Origin: Bacillota bacterium
GTDB taxonomy: Bacteria > Planctomycetota > UBA8108 > UBA1146
Reading direction: 5' to 3'
Assembly (NCBI GenBank): GCA_003973385.1
Contig: QNYK01000010.1
Location: 4,519 to 68,518 of the forward strand
Length of the DNA stretch: 64,000 bases
In this document: positions 22,431 through 32,613 of the stretch, in pieces
How the letters are laid out: each line of letters starts with the position of its first letter
Numbering within the stretch: the first letter of the stretch is position 1
Position numbers and translations under genes: made by a program
The notes under the pieces: model-generated
The model's input: only the letters and a program-made list of their open reading frames with translations
The model's database searches: none
Told to the model about the DNA's origin: nothing

Positions 22431-22796
22431 CTACGGTGCCGGAGCCGAGGGGGCATCTGGAGATCCAGTCTGCGGGAGGCCAGGATCTGGTGGAGTGGCT
22501 TCAGGCTTTGGAGTCCGCTGCATTTTTTCCTTCATCATGCGGCCCGCCTTGAACTTGACGGTGATTTTTTCAGGAACCTGGATGCGAGCACCGGTGCGTG
22601 GATTGCGGGCGGTGCGAGGTGCCTTCGCCTTCGGCTCGAAGACCCCGAAATCACGAAACTCGAGGCGATTGCCCGAGGCGAGTTCGGCGATGATCTCGTC
22701 GAGGAAACCCTGGATGACTTCCTTCGCCTTCTGCTGCTGAACCTTGGTGTTCTCCGAGATCCGCTGTACAAGATCGCGCTTGGTCACGGTGTTCAT
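22431..22796 (-). CDS. HU/IHF-family nucleoid DNA-binding protein with Pro-rich C-terminal tail
   Basis: MNTVTKRDLVQRISENTKVQQQKAKEVIQGFLDEIIAELASGNRLEFRDFGVFEPKAKAPRTARNPRTGARIQVPEKITVKFKAG shows the HU arm and signature. The ATG is at 22796. Confidence 0.8.
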   Translation of the reverse strand: MNTVTKRDLVQRISENTKVQQQKAKEVIQGFLDEIIAELASGNRLEFRDFGVFEPKAKAPRTARNPRTGARIQVPEKITVKFKAGRMMKEKMQRTPKPEATPPDPGLPQTGSPDAPSAPAP

Positions 22797-23083
22797 GGGG
22801 CGCGCTCCTTCCCGATATAACTGCCGTTTTCTCGATCTTTCGATCAAGCGTCACCGGAATCGAGGATCCGCCTGTAGATCCCGGTGCCACACGGGTTTGT
22901 GACAATCGAGGCTATCACGGGGAGCCGGGTGCTGCAACTGCCCCATTTGCCCTTTCCCCTTCCAAGGACAGGACTTACCGATTCCACGCAGGATTATCAA
23001 AAAACCACCCCTCTGAGCCGAAAGGGTGCCATTTGGCAGCCACGACCCAGAGGGGAGGCGGGGGAAGGATGCTGGTTGAGGGG

Positions 23084-23344
23084 CTAGGAAGCCACCTGCT
23101 TGGGGGCGGCCTTGCCGGAGACGGCCTTCTTGGCGGCTGCGGTCGCGGTCTTCCTGGCGGGCCTGGTCGGGGCGGCTGCACAACGGGCAGACCCTGTACG
23201 AGACTGAACCGGGCGGCTGTAGCCCAGTTTCTTGACGATGCCGAGTACTTCCGTCCAGGACAGGAACAGTTTGTCGTTCTTCTTCTTGTACTGCTCGATG
23301 GCACGCACGAACTCGAGTTCTTCCTGATTGAGCGACTTGGCCAC
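23084..23344 (-). CDS. Small (86 aa) protein with Lys/Ala-rich histone-H1-like C-terminal tail, immediately downstream of parA (candidate ParA partner or small nucleoid protein)
   Basis: MAKSLNQEELEFVRAIEQYKKKNDKLFLSWTEVLGIVKKLGY is followed by a K/A-rich tail (AAKKAVSGKAAPK). It lies 78 nt after the parA stop on the same strand. The start is non-ATG (GTG) and the coordinate is uncertain by ±1. Confidence 0.45.
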   Translation of the reverse strand: MAKSLNQEELEFVRAIEQYKKKNDKLFLSWTEVLGIVKKLGYSRPVQSRTGSARCAAAPTRPARKTATAAAKKAVSGKAAPKQVAS

Positions 23345-23422
23345 TGGGTCTCCTGACTGATCATCTGAGGTGGTTCTTCTCTACACCTTCCTCTTCGGCA
23401 CTCAGGAGAAAAAACTGAAGGG

Positions 23423-24247
23423 TCAAATGGCAGTATCCGGCTCGGGAATCGACAGCGAGAGACGCTCGATCAGTTCCTGGCACAGATCCTCGATCTCCCC
23501 CGCCGCCGGACCGGTCGGATCATGGCCGAAGATGGAGAGGCCAAAAGATGGCGCCTCCGCCACCTTGACCCGCGACGGGATCTGCGTACGGGTCAACTGA
23601 TCGGGGAAATGACGCCTGAGTTCCTCGACCACCTCACGTGACAGTCGCGTGCGAGGATCGACCATCGTCGGCACCACCGCGTTCCACTTCAGGCCGGGAT
23701 GGAGTCGCTGCTGAACCAGCGTGATGACCTTCATCAACTGAGCCATGCCCTGCAATGCCAGGTACTCCGCCTGCACCGGCACGACCACCTCGTCTGCGGC
23801 AGCGAGGGCGTTGAGCGACAGCAGGCCGAGCGAGGGAGGGCAATCGAGAAGTACCAGATCGAAGCTGTCATCGAGGGTATCGAGAGCATCGCGCAGCAAC
23901 AATTCACGACCCAGTTCCTGCGAGAGTTCCCCCTCGGCACCGGAGAGGTCGATATGGGACGGCACCAGCGACACCGCCTCGGCAGGAACCTCGAAGATAC
24001 ACTCCATCAGCGGCTTCTCGCGTCGCAAGGCAGCTTCGATGGTGCTGTTCTCGATCCGCTCGAGGCTGGCGTCGGTCAACGAATCGCCCAGGGAGAGAGT
24101 CAGGTGCGCCTGCGGATCGAGGTCGACCATCAGCACGCGAAAGCCGAGTCTCGCCCACCCCACCGCACAGTTGAGGGTCAGCGTCGTCTTGCCGACACCC
24201 CCCTTCTGGTTGATGAACGCGATCCGGACATCGCTGCGATCATTCAA
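23423..24247 (-). CDS. parA: ParA/Soj/MinD-family P-loop ATPase (no adjacent ParB)
   Basis: Deviant Walker A IAFINQKGGVGKTTLTLN and a ParA body of 274 aa. Confidence 0.85.
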   Translation of the reverse strand: MNDRSDVRIAFINQKGGVGKTTLTLNCAVGWARLGFRVLMVDLDPQAHLTLSLGDSLTDASLERIENSTIEAALRREKPLMECIFEVPAEAVSLVPSHIDLSGAEGELSQELGRELLLRDALDTLDDSFDLVLLDCPPSLGLLSLNALAAADEVVVPVQAEYLALQGMAQLMKVITLVQQRLHPGLKWNAVVPTMVDPRTRLSREVVEELRRHFPDQLTRTQIPSRVKVAEAPSFGLSIFGHDPTGPAAGEIEDLCQELIERLSLSIPEPDTAI

Positions 24248-24300
24248 GAAAACTTTCCCCCTTCAGCACGGTACAAGCAGCAAGGTGCAAGAAGCGCAGT

Positions 24301-24924
24301 TCAAAGTGCGTCGCCGTTGGCTCCATCACAACTGGGACAGGCCTGCCAATCACGATAGAAATCGAGATAGATATCCGGGCCCTCTTCCGACTGGAACTGA
24401 TACAGCAATCCCATGCCCTTTTTTCTCATCTCCTTCAACGCCATCGCCAGAGCTTCTCGCTGCTGATCATCGAATCCCGAGCTGGTGGTCCTCTCGGCGA
24501 CCCACCGATCGATCAACTGCTGGAGTGCGTCGCGACGCTGCAGGTTGTCATCGGAGAGGAGCCTGGCCTGAACTGCAGGATCGAGCCCGGAGCCGAAGGT
24601 ATCGCGACCGATCTTGTCTCGATAAAAACCGGGACGCGCCGCATAGACGCGCATCGCATCGAGGGCGGGCATGCAGATGGGACAGCCGTAGACGAAGTTG
24701 TGAGGAATCCCTGCCGGTTCATCGATGTTGGCGATGGCGCTGGCGACGCGGGTCTCGACACCATCCCTGTAAAGTCCCTCGAGGACGCCAAAGAAGATCA
24801 GTTGCTGCACCTGCTCGTGGGGAAGCGATCTGCGAACCTGGACGGTGCTATTTTGCTGCCAGCGGTCCTGGATCGGCTGGCAGGCGACGAGAATCAGCGG
24901 CAACCACAGTAGCATCTTCAGCAT
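24301..24924 (-). CDS. Hypothetical lipoprotein with two Cys pairs (CPICMP, CPSCDG)
   Basis: Signal peptide plus lipobox MLKMLLWLPLILVAC, with CxxC pairs that suggest a metal or redox site. The long opposite-strand ORF is low complexity and was rejected. Confidence 0.45.
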   Translation of the reverse strand: MLKMLLWLPLILVACQPIQDRWQQNSTVQVRRSLPHEQVQQLIFFGVLEGLYRDGVETRVASAIANIDEPAGIPHNFVYGCPICMPALDAMRVYAARPGFYRDKIGRDTFGSGLDPAVQARLLSDDNLQRRDALQQLIDRWVAERTTSSGFDDQQREALAMALKEMRKKGMGLLYQFQSEEGPDIYLDFYRDWQACPSCDGANGDAL

Positions 24925-25069
24925 CGATCACTCCTCCCCTGCCATCATCGAGCAGCAGTCCGATCATCGCTGCCTGACTTCCCCAAGTCCAGCGTGCAAC
25001 CTTTCGACCGGTGCCCTTTCAAATCAGCGATGACTGGATGGAGGGGACCTGAATCTCTACCCTCCGGTC

Positions 25070-25645
25070 ATGGAGATTCTCCCCTGCTGCCAACTCTCCT
25101 TCGCGCTCGCCGCTCCCGAACGGCTCGACCCCCGGATCGCCCTGGAGAGAGCCCTCGGCAGGTGCCCGCTCGCCGAGGTGGAAGAGACGATCCTGCAATC
25201 GATCCCCTACAGCGGCTTCCCGGCCGCAGTGGAGTCCCTCGGTTGGTTACGCGAACTGCACCCCGAGGCAGATCCCTTCCCTCGGAACGAAACGAGCCAG
25301 CCCGAGAGTTTCTTCGAGCAGATCTACGGCGACGGGCAAGAAAAAGTCCGAGCCTCCCTGCGAGATCGCCACGGGGATCTGGAGCGTTGGATCATCGAGT
25401 TCGCCTACGGCACGGTGATGGAATCCTCGTGGCTGTCCCCTGATGCCATCGAGGCGCTGGCGGTTTCATCGCTGATCGGCCAGGCACGACTGCGACCGCT
25501 GCATTCTCACCTGCGCGGCGCACTGAGAACCGGGCACACCAGGAAATCGTTGACGCTGCTGCTCGATTCGCTGCAAAAGGTGGCCGATCCGAAGGTGCTT
25601 CGCGCTGCCGCCAAGATGCTCGAACGAGAGTGCTCCAGCGACTAG
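25070..25645 (+). CDS. Carboxymuconolactone decarboxylase (CMD/AhpD-like) family protein
   Basis: ETILQSIPYSGFPAAVESLGWL resembles the CMD-family core helix pair. Assignment is weak. Confidence 0.4.
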   Translation: MEILPCCQLSFALAAPERLDPRIALERALGRCPLAEVEETILQSIPYSGFPAAVESLGWLRELHPEADPFPRNETSQPESFFEQIYGDGQEKVRASLRDRHGDLERWIIEFAYGTVMESSWLSPDAIEALAVSSLIGQARLRPLHSHLRGALRTGHTRKSLTLLLDSLQKVADPKVLRAAAKMLERECSSD

Positions 25646-26817
25646 TCAAGGCGCAGATGCTCGGCTATGGCGCCAGCGATCCGTTCACTCTCTTCCCAGG
25701 TAGCGACCATCGAGAGTCGAACGTACTGCTCGTCGGGTCCATGTCGCGAAGCATCCCCCACCAGCGCCGCCGATGGGATCGTCACGGCGAGGATCTTCTC
25801 GTCGAGCAGTGCCTCGGCCAGCGCCGTGCTGGTCACCCCCTCAGGTGCCCGCTGCCACACATACAGGCTCGCCTCCGGGTCACTGCGAGGCAGCCCCGCG
25901 GCTTCAAATGCAGATACGAACAGATCGCGTCGTTTTCTGTAGCCATCCCTCATCTCGGCGACATGACTCTCATCCGAATATGCTGCGATCGCCGCCTCCT
26001 GGATGAACCAGGGTGTACCGGTATCGATGTTGGCCTTCAACTTTCGATACAGCGCGATGATCCGTGCATCTCCTGCCACCCAGCCGACTCGATAGCCGGT
26101 CATGGCAGACCGCTTGGAGAGAGAGTTGAAGACCAGCACCCCCTGCTTGCCCTGTTCCAGCGCCGATGGCGGTGGCTGGTCAAAGTAGATCTCGGAGTAC
26201 GCCTCGTCGCTACAGGCGACGATGTCCCGGTCTCGGCACCACTGGACCCAGCTCTCGAGGAACTCCGATGATGCGATGCGACCCGACGGGCTCGACGGTG
26301 TCGTGAGCCAGAAGATACGAGCCCGCTCAGCGATGGAATCTGGAATCGAATCGAGGTCGGGAAGGAAGTCGGTGCGATTCTGGATGGGCACATAATACGG
26401 TTCCCCCTCGGCAAAGATGGTTCCTCCGCCGTAGGGCGGATAGCCAGGGTCGGGACAGATCACCACGTCCCCCGGATCGATCAACGCCTCCGGCAGGTGA
26501 AAGATCGATTCCTTCGAACCGACCGAAGAGACGATTTCGGTCTCGGGGTCGATGGCCACCCCGAAGCGACCCTCGACCCAGTCGACGACCGCCTGACGAA
26601 AAGGAGCACTTCCTGCGAAAGGTGGATAGCCGCTGGCAGCGTGGCGCTCGATCCCCTCGGCACAGGCTCTGCGGATGAACTCGGGTGTCGGGGCGGAAGG
26701 ATCCCCCATGCCAAAGTCGACGGGAGTGAGGCCTCTGGCTCGCAACTGCTCGGTGCGCTCGCGCACGGCGGCCATGGCATAGGTGCCGATCTGTGCGATT
26801 CTGTTCGATCCGACCAC
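25642..26817 (-). CDS. Class I/II PLP-dependent aminotransferase (DapC/LL-DAP/aspartate aminotransferase-like)
   Basis: PLP-lysine motif SLSKRSAMTGYRVGWVAGD, an N-terminal GDPSAPTP substrate-loop region, and 391 aa. Confidence 0.75.
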   Translation of the reverse strand: MVGSNRIAQIGTYAMAAVRERTEQLRARGLTPVDFGMGDPSAPTPEFIRRACAEGIERHAASGYPPFAGSAPFRQAVVDWVEGRFGVAIDPETEIVSSVGSKESIFHLPEALIDPGDVVICPDPGYPPYGGGTIFAEGEPYYVPIQNRTDFLPDLDSIPDSIAERARIFWLTTPSSPSGRIASSEFLESWVQWCRDRDIVACSDEAYSEIYFDQPPPSALEQGKQGVLVFNSLSKRSAMTGYRVGWVAGDARIIALYRKLKANIDTGTPWFIQEAAIAAYSDESHVAEMRDGYRKRRDLFVSAFEAAGLPRSDPEASLYVWQRAPEGVTSTALAEALLDEKILAVTIPSAALVGDASRHGPDEQYVRLSMVATWEESERIAGAIAEHLRLD

Positions 26818-26929
26818 GCTCGCATCCTTTCAGGTTCGTGCCATCGCCTCGCTACTGGCGCCATCCATCGTCATCTCGAAGCAGTTCGCTGGCAAGAGGC
26901 TCAGCAACAACTCTCACCTCTGGGTCGGT

Positions 26930-28111
26930 TCAGTCTTTAAGCGAATTCGAATGCCACACGACCAGCCCGCGCAACAGGTGGCAGCCATCTCCGAAGGCCC
27001 GTTCCCACGTCTCGGTATCGCTCTCCTGCGTGTCGCCAGAGAGCAGAATCCCGGAGGGGTCCACCTCCTCGACCAGCCTTTTCTTGACCTGGCTCGCCGC
27101 AGCGAGGCAACTGTCAGCGGCCTCGGCGACCTGCTTCTTCGTCAGCAGATCGAGTGCCCGGCAACGTCCCAGCAGATCGAGGCCATGGCCCGCCAGTTTC
27201 ATGCGCGCGAGCACGGCATGCCGCGCCGCACGACGCGGCGAGATCCCCGCCGCCAGAGCTCTCTGCTCCTCGTCGAGTCGAAACTGCAACTCCCAGGAGA
27301 GGCGCCTTGTCATCAGCAACAGGCTCCTGATCACGCGATCTTGATCCGCCTCCTGCAGATATCCCGCATCGACCGACTCCGCCAGTGCTGACAGGAGGTG
27401 CATGCCACCGCAGGTGTAGGCCCAGGTGCCGGCAATCGCAGGACCCTGCATTCCATCGGGACGCTGGTCGCCCTGTTCGAGGCAACGCTTGACGACCTGA
27501 TCCGATTCCTCGACCGCCGCCACCAGGATCCTCGCCAGGGATGCCAGATCTCCATCCACAGTCGGGGTCGTGGCGGCAAGTTTCAGCACCGCAGCGGCTT
27601 CGATCAGCCATGCGAGATCATTGATCTGCTGCCAGCTTGTTGGCGTACCCTTGCGGGCGAGGGCTCGCTCGATTCGATGCTTCAGGTGCGGTGTGTGAGT
27701 CGATGGAAGCACCCAGGCTGCGGTGCGAAGCATCAGATGCGGGTGTTGCTCTCCTCGATGGCCGTCATCGCCATGGAGTGGGATCCGGGCCTTGTCGTCC
27801 TGGATCAGGTCGACCCATCTTGACCTCAGGCTGGAGAGGCGCTGGGCAGCGGGAAACGCCAGCATCAGGTGAGCCCCGGCCCATGGATCGGAACTGGCGA
27901 GACCAGCGTCAAGAATCCGCGCCGAGAAAACCGCTTCCGGTTGCACAGGGATCACTGAAGTACAGCCGATCAACAGCATCAGCAGCGTTACACCGCAGTA
28001 AAGCCCAGGCCGCCTCTGCGGCGTCAGGTCCTCTGATGGGGATCGAGATGGTGCCGCCAAGTCGCGCCTCCCTTGTGCTGGCATCAGATCGTATCGAGAT
28101 CGATGGGGCAA
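26930..28111 (-). CDS. Hypothetical lipoprotein (393 aa); weak LanC-like/alpha-toroid hints (TWAYTCGG, GDGCHLLRG)
   Basis: Lipobox LLMLLIGC. It is helical-repeat rich. The motif resemblance is speculative. Confidence 0.4.
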   Translation of the reverse strand: MPHRSRYDLMPAQGRRDLAAPSRSPSEDLTPQRRPGLYCGVTLLMLLIGCTSVIPVQPEAVFSARILDAGLASSDPWAGAHLMLAFPAAQRLSSLRSRWVDLIQDDKARIPLHGDDGHRGEQHPHLMLRTAAWVLPSTHTPHLKHRIERALARKGTPTSWQQINDLAWLIEAAAVLKLAATTPTVDGDLASLARILVAAVEESDQVVKRCLEQGDQRPDGMQGPAIAGTWAYTCGGMHLLSALAESVDAGYLQEADQDRVIRSLLLMTRRLSWELQFRLDEEQRALAAGISPRRAARHAVLARMKLAGHGLDLLGRCRALDLLTKKQVAEAADSCLAAASQVKKRLVEEVDPSGILLSGDTQESDTETWERAFGDGCHLLRGLVVWHSNSLKD

Positions 28112-28165
28112 GGATCCTTGCCCGCACCCCGGTCACGGGGCACTCTCTTGCCGGAAGGAGTACGG

Positions 28166-29800
28166 ATGAATCCGTCCCTGCTGCTGGCGGCACAATCGCT
28201 GCCACTACTCGATGACCTGCTGCTACTGTTGCTGGGAGCGATGCTGGTCGCGCTGGTCACCCGCAGACTTCGTATCCCGTATACCGTCGGTCTCGTCGTC
28301 GCCGGAACCGCGATCGGGTTCCTGCGCCACCAGGGTATCCTGCCGAGTGGTGCCGGGCACTTTGAACTGACCAAAGAGGTCATCCTGCTGATCCTGTTAC
28401 CGCCGCTGCTCTTCGACGGCGCGATGAACACGTCCTTCGCCAAACTACGAGAAAATGCCGCCCTGATCGGCACGATGGCGATTCTCGGCACATTCGGCTG
28501 CATCCTGATCACCACCGCAGCGATCCGTTCACTGACCGGCTGGGACTGGGATGTCTCGCTGTTGCTGGGCGTGATAGTGAGTCCCACCGATCCGGTCAGC
28601 GTGATCGCCATCTTTCGTGAGCAGGGGGTAGAGAAGCGACTCTCCACCATCGTCGAGGGTGAATCGCTCTTCAACGACGGCCTCGTGGTCGTGATGTACA
28701 TCCTGCTGATGCGTGGCATGGAACAGGGCTGGGATGGAATCACTGCCAGTGAAGGAGTTCTGACCTTCCTGCGCATGATCGGCGTCGGGGCGTTCATCGG
28801 TCTGTCACTGGGAGCTCTCGTCAACTGGCTGATCGAGCGAATCAATGAGCACCTGGTCGAGGTACTCTTCTCGATACTGCTGGCGTACGGCTCCTATCAA
28901 CTGGCAGAACATCTGGAAGCTTCAGGAGTGATCGCCGTGGTCTTTGCCGGATTGATGGTGGGAAATATCGGTCGACGTTCCTCGATGAGTGCGACTGCCA
29001 TCCTGAGCCTGGGTCTGACCTGGGAGGTGATCGCCTTCGTCGCCAACTCACTCGCTTTCATCGCCCTCGGATTCGCCGTCGATCCGATGCTGGTGGTCGA
29101 GAATTTCCCCACGGTGGTACTGGTCTGGCTCGCCAGCACGGCGGCCAGGGCATTGATGACATACGCCATCGCAGGCGCAGATCAGGCGATTCGCGGCGCC
29201 TATCCTCGCTCATGGCTGCACATCATCCACTGGGGAGGTCTCAAGGGCACGGTGCCCGTCGCCCTCGCCCTCGGTATCGCTGAATCGACAACCCTGTTCG
29301 AGATTGCGCCGAGGATCCAGGCGATCGTCGCAGGTGTTGTGATGCTCTCGATGTTGATCCAGGGCACCACAGTCAAACCTCTGCTGAGACGCCTCAATAT
29401 CGTCAGGCCGCGCGAAGCGAGACGGCGCTGGGAACGGCATCAGGCCCGCTCCATCGCGGTCGAGACCGCACTTGAAGAACTCGCAGATGCAGTTTCCAGC
29501 ACCGAGATCGCCCCTGACCGGGTTGCATCGTTACGTGAGAGGCTGCTGACGATCCGGGGGACGATCCACGAGGACCTCAACCAGGTGCTGCAAGATCATC
29601 CCGAGTTTGCTGCCGAACAGGTTCGAGATGTGGTGATCCGTCTGCTGCACCGTCAACGCAGCGCCGTCGAGGACGCATACCGCGAGGGGATCCTGTCGGA
29701 TGAAGCGCTGCAGGATGTTCAGGCGGAGATTGACATCTTGCTGCTGGAAGAATTTCCTGATCCGGTACCTGGAGCCCACGGCGAGGAGTCGACCCCTTGA
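28166..29800 (+). CDS. nhaP: Na+/H+ antiporter, CPA1 (NhaP-type) with C-terminal cytoplasmic regulatory domain
   Basis: ~12 TM segments with CPA1 motifs (LFDGAMNTS, IVSPTDPVSV). The ATG at 28166 is preceded by GGAAGGAG. The upstream 31 codons of the track ORF were discarded. Confidence 0.75.
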   Translation: MNPSLLLAAQSLPLLDDLLLLLLGAMLVALVTRRLRIPYTVGLVVAGTAIGFLRHQGILPSGAGHFELTKEVILLILLPPLLFDGAMNTSFAKLRENAALIGTMAILGTFGCILITTAAIRSLTGWDWDVSLLLGVIVSPTDPVSVIAIFREQGVEKRLSTIVEGESLFNDGLVVVMYILLMRGMEQGWDGITASEGVLTFLRMIGVGAFIGLSLGALVNWLIERINEHLVEVLFSILLAYGSYQLAEHLEASGVIAVVFAGLMVGNIGRRSSMSATAILSLGLTWEVIAFVANSLAFIALGFAVDPMLVVENFPTVVLVWLASTAARALMTYAIAGADQAIRGAYPRSWLHIIHWGGLKGTVPVALALGIAESTTLFEIAPRIQAIVAGVVMLSMLIQGTTVKPLLRRLNIVRPREARRRWERHQARSIAVETALEELADAVSSTEIAPDRVASLRERLLTIRGTIHEDLNQVLQDHPEFAAEQVRDVVIRLLHRQRSAVEDAYREGILSDEALQDVQAEIDILLLEEFPDPVPGAHGEESTP

Positions 29801-30771
29801 CCGAACTGGAGTGGATCGAGACCTTCATATCTCCTCGAAGTGGCCGTCACGAGGCTGGACAGCTGGGTCCAGGGGATGATGCGGCACTCTCTCCTTCACT
29901 CGGTGGCGACCGTGCCGTGCTCACCGTCGATGCTCTGGTCGAGGGACAGCACTTCCTCGACCACTGGCTAGATGATCAGACACTGGCGAGGCGAGTGATT
30001 CGATCGAGCGTCAGCGACCTGGCAGCGATGGGCGCCACGCCGGTCGGTTTTCTTCTCTCTGTCGAGAGCGCGAAGTTGCCCGGGCGACTCGGCGATCAGT
30101 TCTGGCTCGCCATCGATGAAGAATGCCGGGCCCTGGATGTTCAGTTGCTCGGCGGCAATGTGACTCGCAGCGACGGCCCCCTCTCGATCCACTGCACCTT
30201 TCTCGGCAGGGTCTCCGCCGGTCGAGAGTGGCGCCGGAGCGGTGCCCGAGTGGGAGATCTACTGGTAGTGACGGGAGATCCGGGCCACGCCTCGAGAGCG
30301 ATGCAGGAGATCTCATGGGGGCTGCTGCCTGCCGCCCATGACCGCTGGAGCGAACCCATCCCCAGAGTCGATCTTGCGGTTGCGCTCGCTGCGGTGGCGC
30401 CGAAGGACAGCATCGTCACCGCCGCCATCGACATCAGTGACGGGTTACTGCTCGATCTTCGCCGGCTCTGCAAGGCCAGTGGCTGTGCGGCAAACATCGA
30501 TATCGATGCCCTGGTAACGGAGGAAATTTCGAAGCAGATGGTCCTGGCAGGGGGTGAAGATTACGAGTTACTGCTCGCCATCGACGCAGCATCGATGACG
30601 CACTTCGAGGAGATTGCCAGCGAACAGGGAACGGATTGGCATCTGCTCGGGACCACCGAGGATGGCACCGCTGGCGAGGTCGCCGTGAAGATCGGCGGAC
30701 AATCGCTGGCATCGGATGAACTCGGTGCACAGATCTCCGGAGGGTGGGATCCATTCGACCAGCAGCACTGA
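29797..30771 (+). CDS. thiL: Thiamine-monophosphate kinase
   Basis: AIR-synthase-related fold: GDDAALS...LTVDALVEGQHF...SVSDLAAMGATP. A non-ATG start overlaps the nhaP stop. Confidence 0.7.
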   Translation: MTELEWIETFISPRSGRHEAGQLGPGDDAALSPSLGGDRAVLTVDALVEGQHFLDHWLDDQTLARRVIRSSVSDLAAMGATPVGFLLSVESAKLPGRLGDQFWLAIDEECRALDVQLLGGNVTRSDGPLSIHCTFLGRVSAGREWRRSGARVGDLLVVTGDPGHASRAMQEISWGLLPAAHDRWSEPIPRVDLAVALAAVAPKDSIVTAAIDISDGLLLDLRRLCKASGCAANIDIDALVTEEISKQMVLAGGEDYELLLAIDAASMTHFEEIASEQGTDWHLLGTTEDGTAGEVAVKIGGQSLASDELGAQISGGWDPFDQQH

Positions 30772-30782
30772 CGGTGTAAATC

Positions 30783-32552
30783 TCAGGCGTCCGCGCCCTC
30801 GATGGCGGGAGCCTCTTCACCCGCTTCCAGGATGGCATCCTCGACGGCGCTGCCCTCTTCTGGTTTCAACAGGGGAAACAGCACCACATCACGAAGATTT
30901 TCGGCACCACACAGGAGTGCCACCATCCGATCGATCCCCATCCCCCAGCCAGAGATGGGTGGCATGCCATGCTCCATCGCCATCAGATAATCCTCGTCCA
31001 TCACCATCGCTTCGCTGTCACCTTCGGCATTCAATGCCGCCTGCTCTTCAAGGCGACCGCGCTGATCGATGGGGTCGACCAGTTCGGAGTAAGCGTTGAT
31101 CACTTCCCAGCCGTGGATCACCAGTTGAAACCGATCAGAGATGTTTGCTTCATCATCGTTTCGACGCGCCAGAGGTGACAGATCGACCGGGTGAGAGGTG
31201 ACGAATGTGGGAGATGTGATGCGGGGGCGAACCGTCTTCTTGTACAACTGGTCGATGAGGGTTCCACGGCCAAACTTCTCTGCACCATCGATGGTAATCT
31301 CTGCGGCTCCGAGCGCGCTCCGGAGTGAATCTGCATCGGGACAAGCATTGACATCGATCCCGGAATGCTCCTGGATCAGATCGAGCAAGGGTCGGCGAGG
31401 CCACTCCCCCGAGAAATCGATCTCGCCAGCGGCATGAGTCACCTGCAATGAGCCGGTTGATGCTTCTATCGCCTGGCGAAGCAATCTCTCGGTGAAGTCC
31501 ATGTTGTCGATGTAGTTCCAGTACGAAGCATAGTACTCGAGCATGGTGAAATCCTGCAGGTGTGAAGGATCCATACCCTCGTTGCGGAAGACGCGAGCAA
31601 ACTCGTAGACACGATCAAAACCGGCCACAACACAGCGTTTCAGGTAGGTCTCGGGAGCGATCCGGAGGTAGACCGGAATATCGAGTGCCGCATGATGCGT
31701 CTCGAAGGGTCGCGCGAGTGCACCCGAAGGCTTGGTCTGCAGTACCGGAGTTTCGACCTCATCAAATCCCGCCTCATCCAGCCCCTTGCGCAACGCACGA
31801 ATAAAATCGTGGCGCAATCGAAATCGTGCGCGCGAGTCTGCATCTGTGATCAGGTCGAGATAGCGTCGTCGGTATCGAATCTCACGATCGGCGATGGCAT
31901 GAAACTTCTCAGGCATGGGGCGCAACATCTTGCCAAGAATTTGCCAGTTCGACCCACGCACCGTCAGTTGACCGATCTTGGTGTGATAGGTCTCGCCCTC
32001 GATCCCGACGAAATCGCCGACATCGACCAATTTTATGAAATCGGTGTACGACTCCTTGCCAAGATCATCGCGCTGCAGTGAGCACTGCATGCGCCCACCG
32101 ACATCCTGCACATCGAAGAAGGTCAACTTGCCGAAGTCGCGACGGCTGACGATCCGACCACAAACTCGAACGCCACCGACTCCCGCTTCCAGCTGTGAAG
32201 CCTGCCCCGGTGTATGCGTACGCTGCCACCGCTCCGGATAGGGCTGGAGGCCCTTGTCACGCAATTTCTGGATCTTCTCGATCTTGATCTCGCGGATCCG
32301 GTCCTCGGCCACGATTCCCCCCACTCCGGCGCAGGTAAGCCGTTGCTGTGCTTCTGCGTACTCGTATCCTGGCGTCGGTGCCACCGGAAGGGGGGCGCCG
32401 ACTGCCAGGCTCGCCGGGATCCTAGCCCGCACCGGGTCGGCGGTCAAAGAGACCTGAGCGGGTTCGTTGACTTGGACGCTGCAGGGATTTACCCTTCTTC
32501 CTGCCTCCAGACGCCTGAATTGGCGCCAGAGGAGCCTCGGAAGGAAACCCAC
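30783..32552 (-). CDS. lysS: Lysine--tRNA ligase (class II)
   Basis: Class II motifs 1-3 (FLEVETP-like VETPVLQ, ...FRNEGMD..., GWGMGIDRMVALL) plus an anticodon-binding OB domain. The true start is probably internal (around ...VAEDRIREIKIEK). The stop is only 11 nt from the convergent thiL stop. Confidence 0.8.
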   Translation of the reverse strand: MGFLPRLLWRQFRRLEAGRRVNPCSVQVNEPAQVSLTADPVRARIPASLAVGAPLPVAPTPGYEYAEAQQRLTCAGVGGIVAEDRIREIKIEKIQKLRDKGLQPYPERWQRTHTPGQASQLEAGVGGVRVCGRIVSRRDFGKLTFFDVQDVGGRMQCSLQRDDLGKESYTDFIKLVDVGDFVGIEGETYHTKIGQLTVRGSNWQILGKMLRPMPEKFHAIADREIRYRRRYLDLITDADSRARFRLRHDFIRALRKGLDEAGFDEVETPVLQTKPSGALARPFETHHAALDIPVYLRIAPETYLKRCVVAGFDRVYEFARVFRNEGMDPSHLQDFTMLEYYASYWNYIDNMDFTERLLRQAIEASTGSLQVTHAAGEIDFSGEWPRRPLLDLIQEHSGIDVNACPDADSLRSALGAAEITIDGAEKFGRGTLIDQLYKKTVRPRITSPTFVTSHPVDLSPLARRNDDEANISDRFQLVIHGWEVINAYSELVDPIDQRGRLEEQAALNAEGDSEAMVMDEDYLMAMEHGMPPISGWGMGIDRMVALLCGAENLRDVVLFPLLKPEEGSAVEDAILEAGEEAPAIEGADA

Positions 32553-32613
32553 CGCAGCCAGGAACTTCGATCAGATCCTGTCTCCGGCAACCAGAGAGAA
32601 AGAGGGAGGGGCC

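Noticed and set aside
23745-24977. 410-aa plus-strand ORF spanning the parA and lipoprotein loci
   Set aside because: It is extremely Ser/Arg/Pro-rich low complexity. It overlaps two well-supported minus-strand genes (ParA Walker A and the lipoprotein signal peptide).
30771-30783. Convergent thiL and lysS stops only 11 nt apart with no terminator
   Set aside because: This was observed, but there is no room for any structured element. It probably just reflects extreme gene packing, with terminators embedded in coding sequence, and is not a feature in itself.
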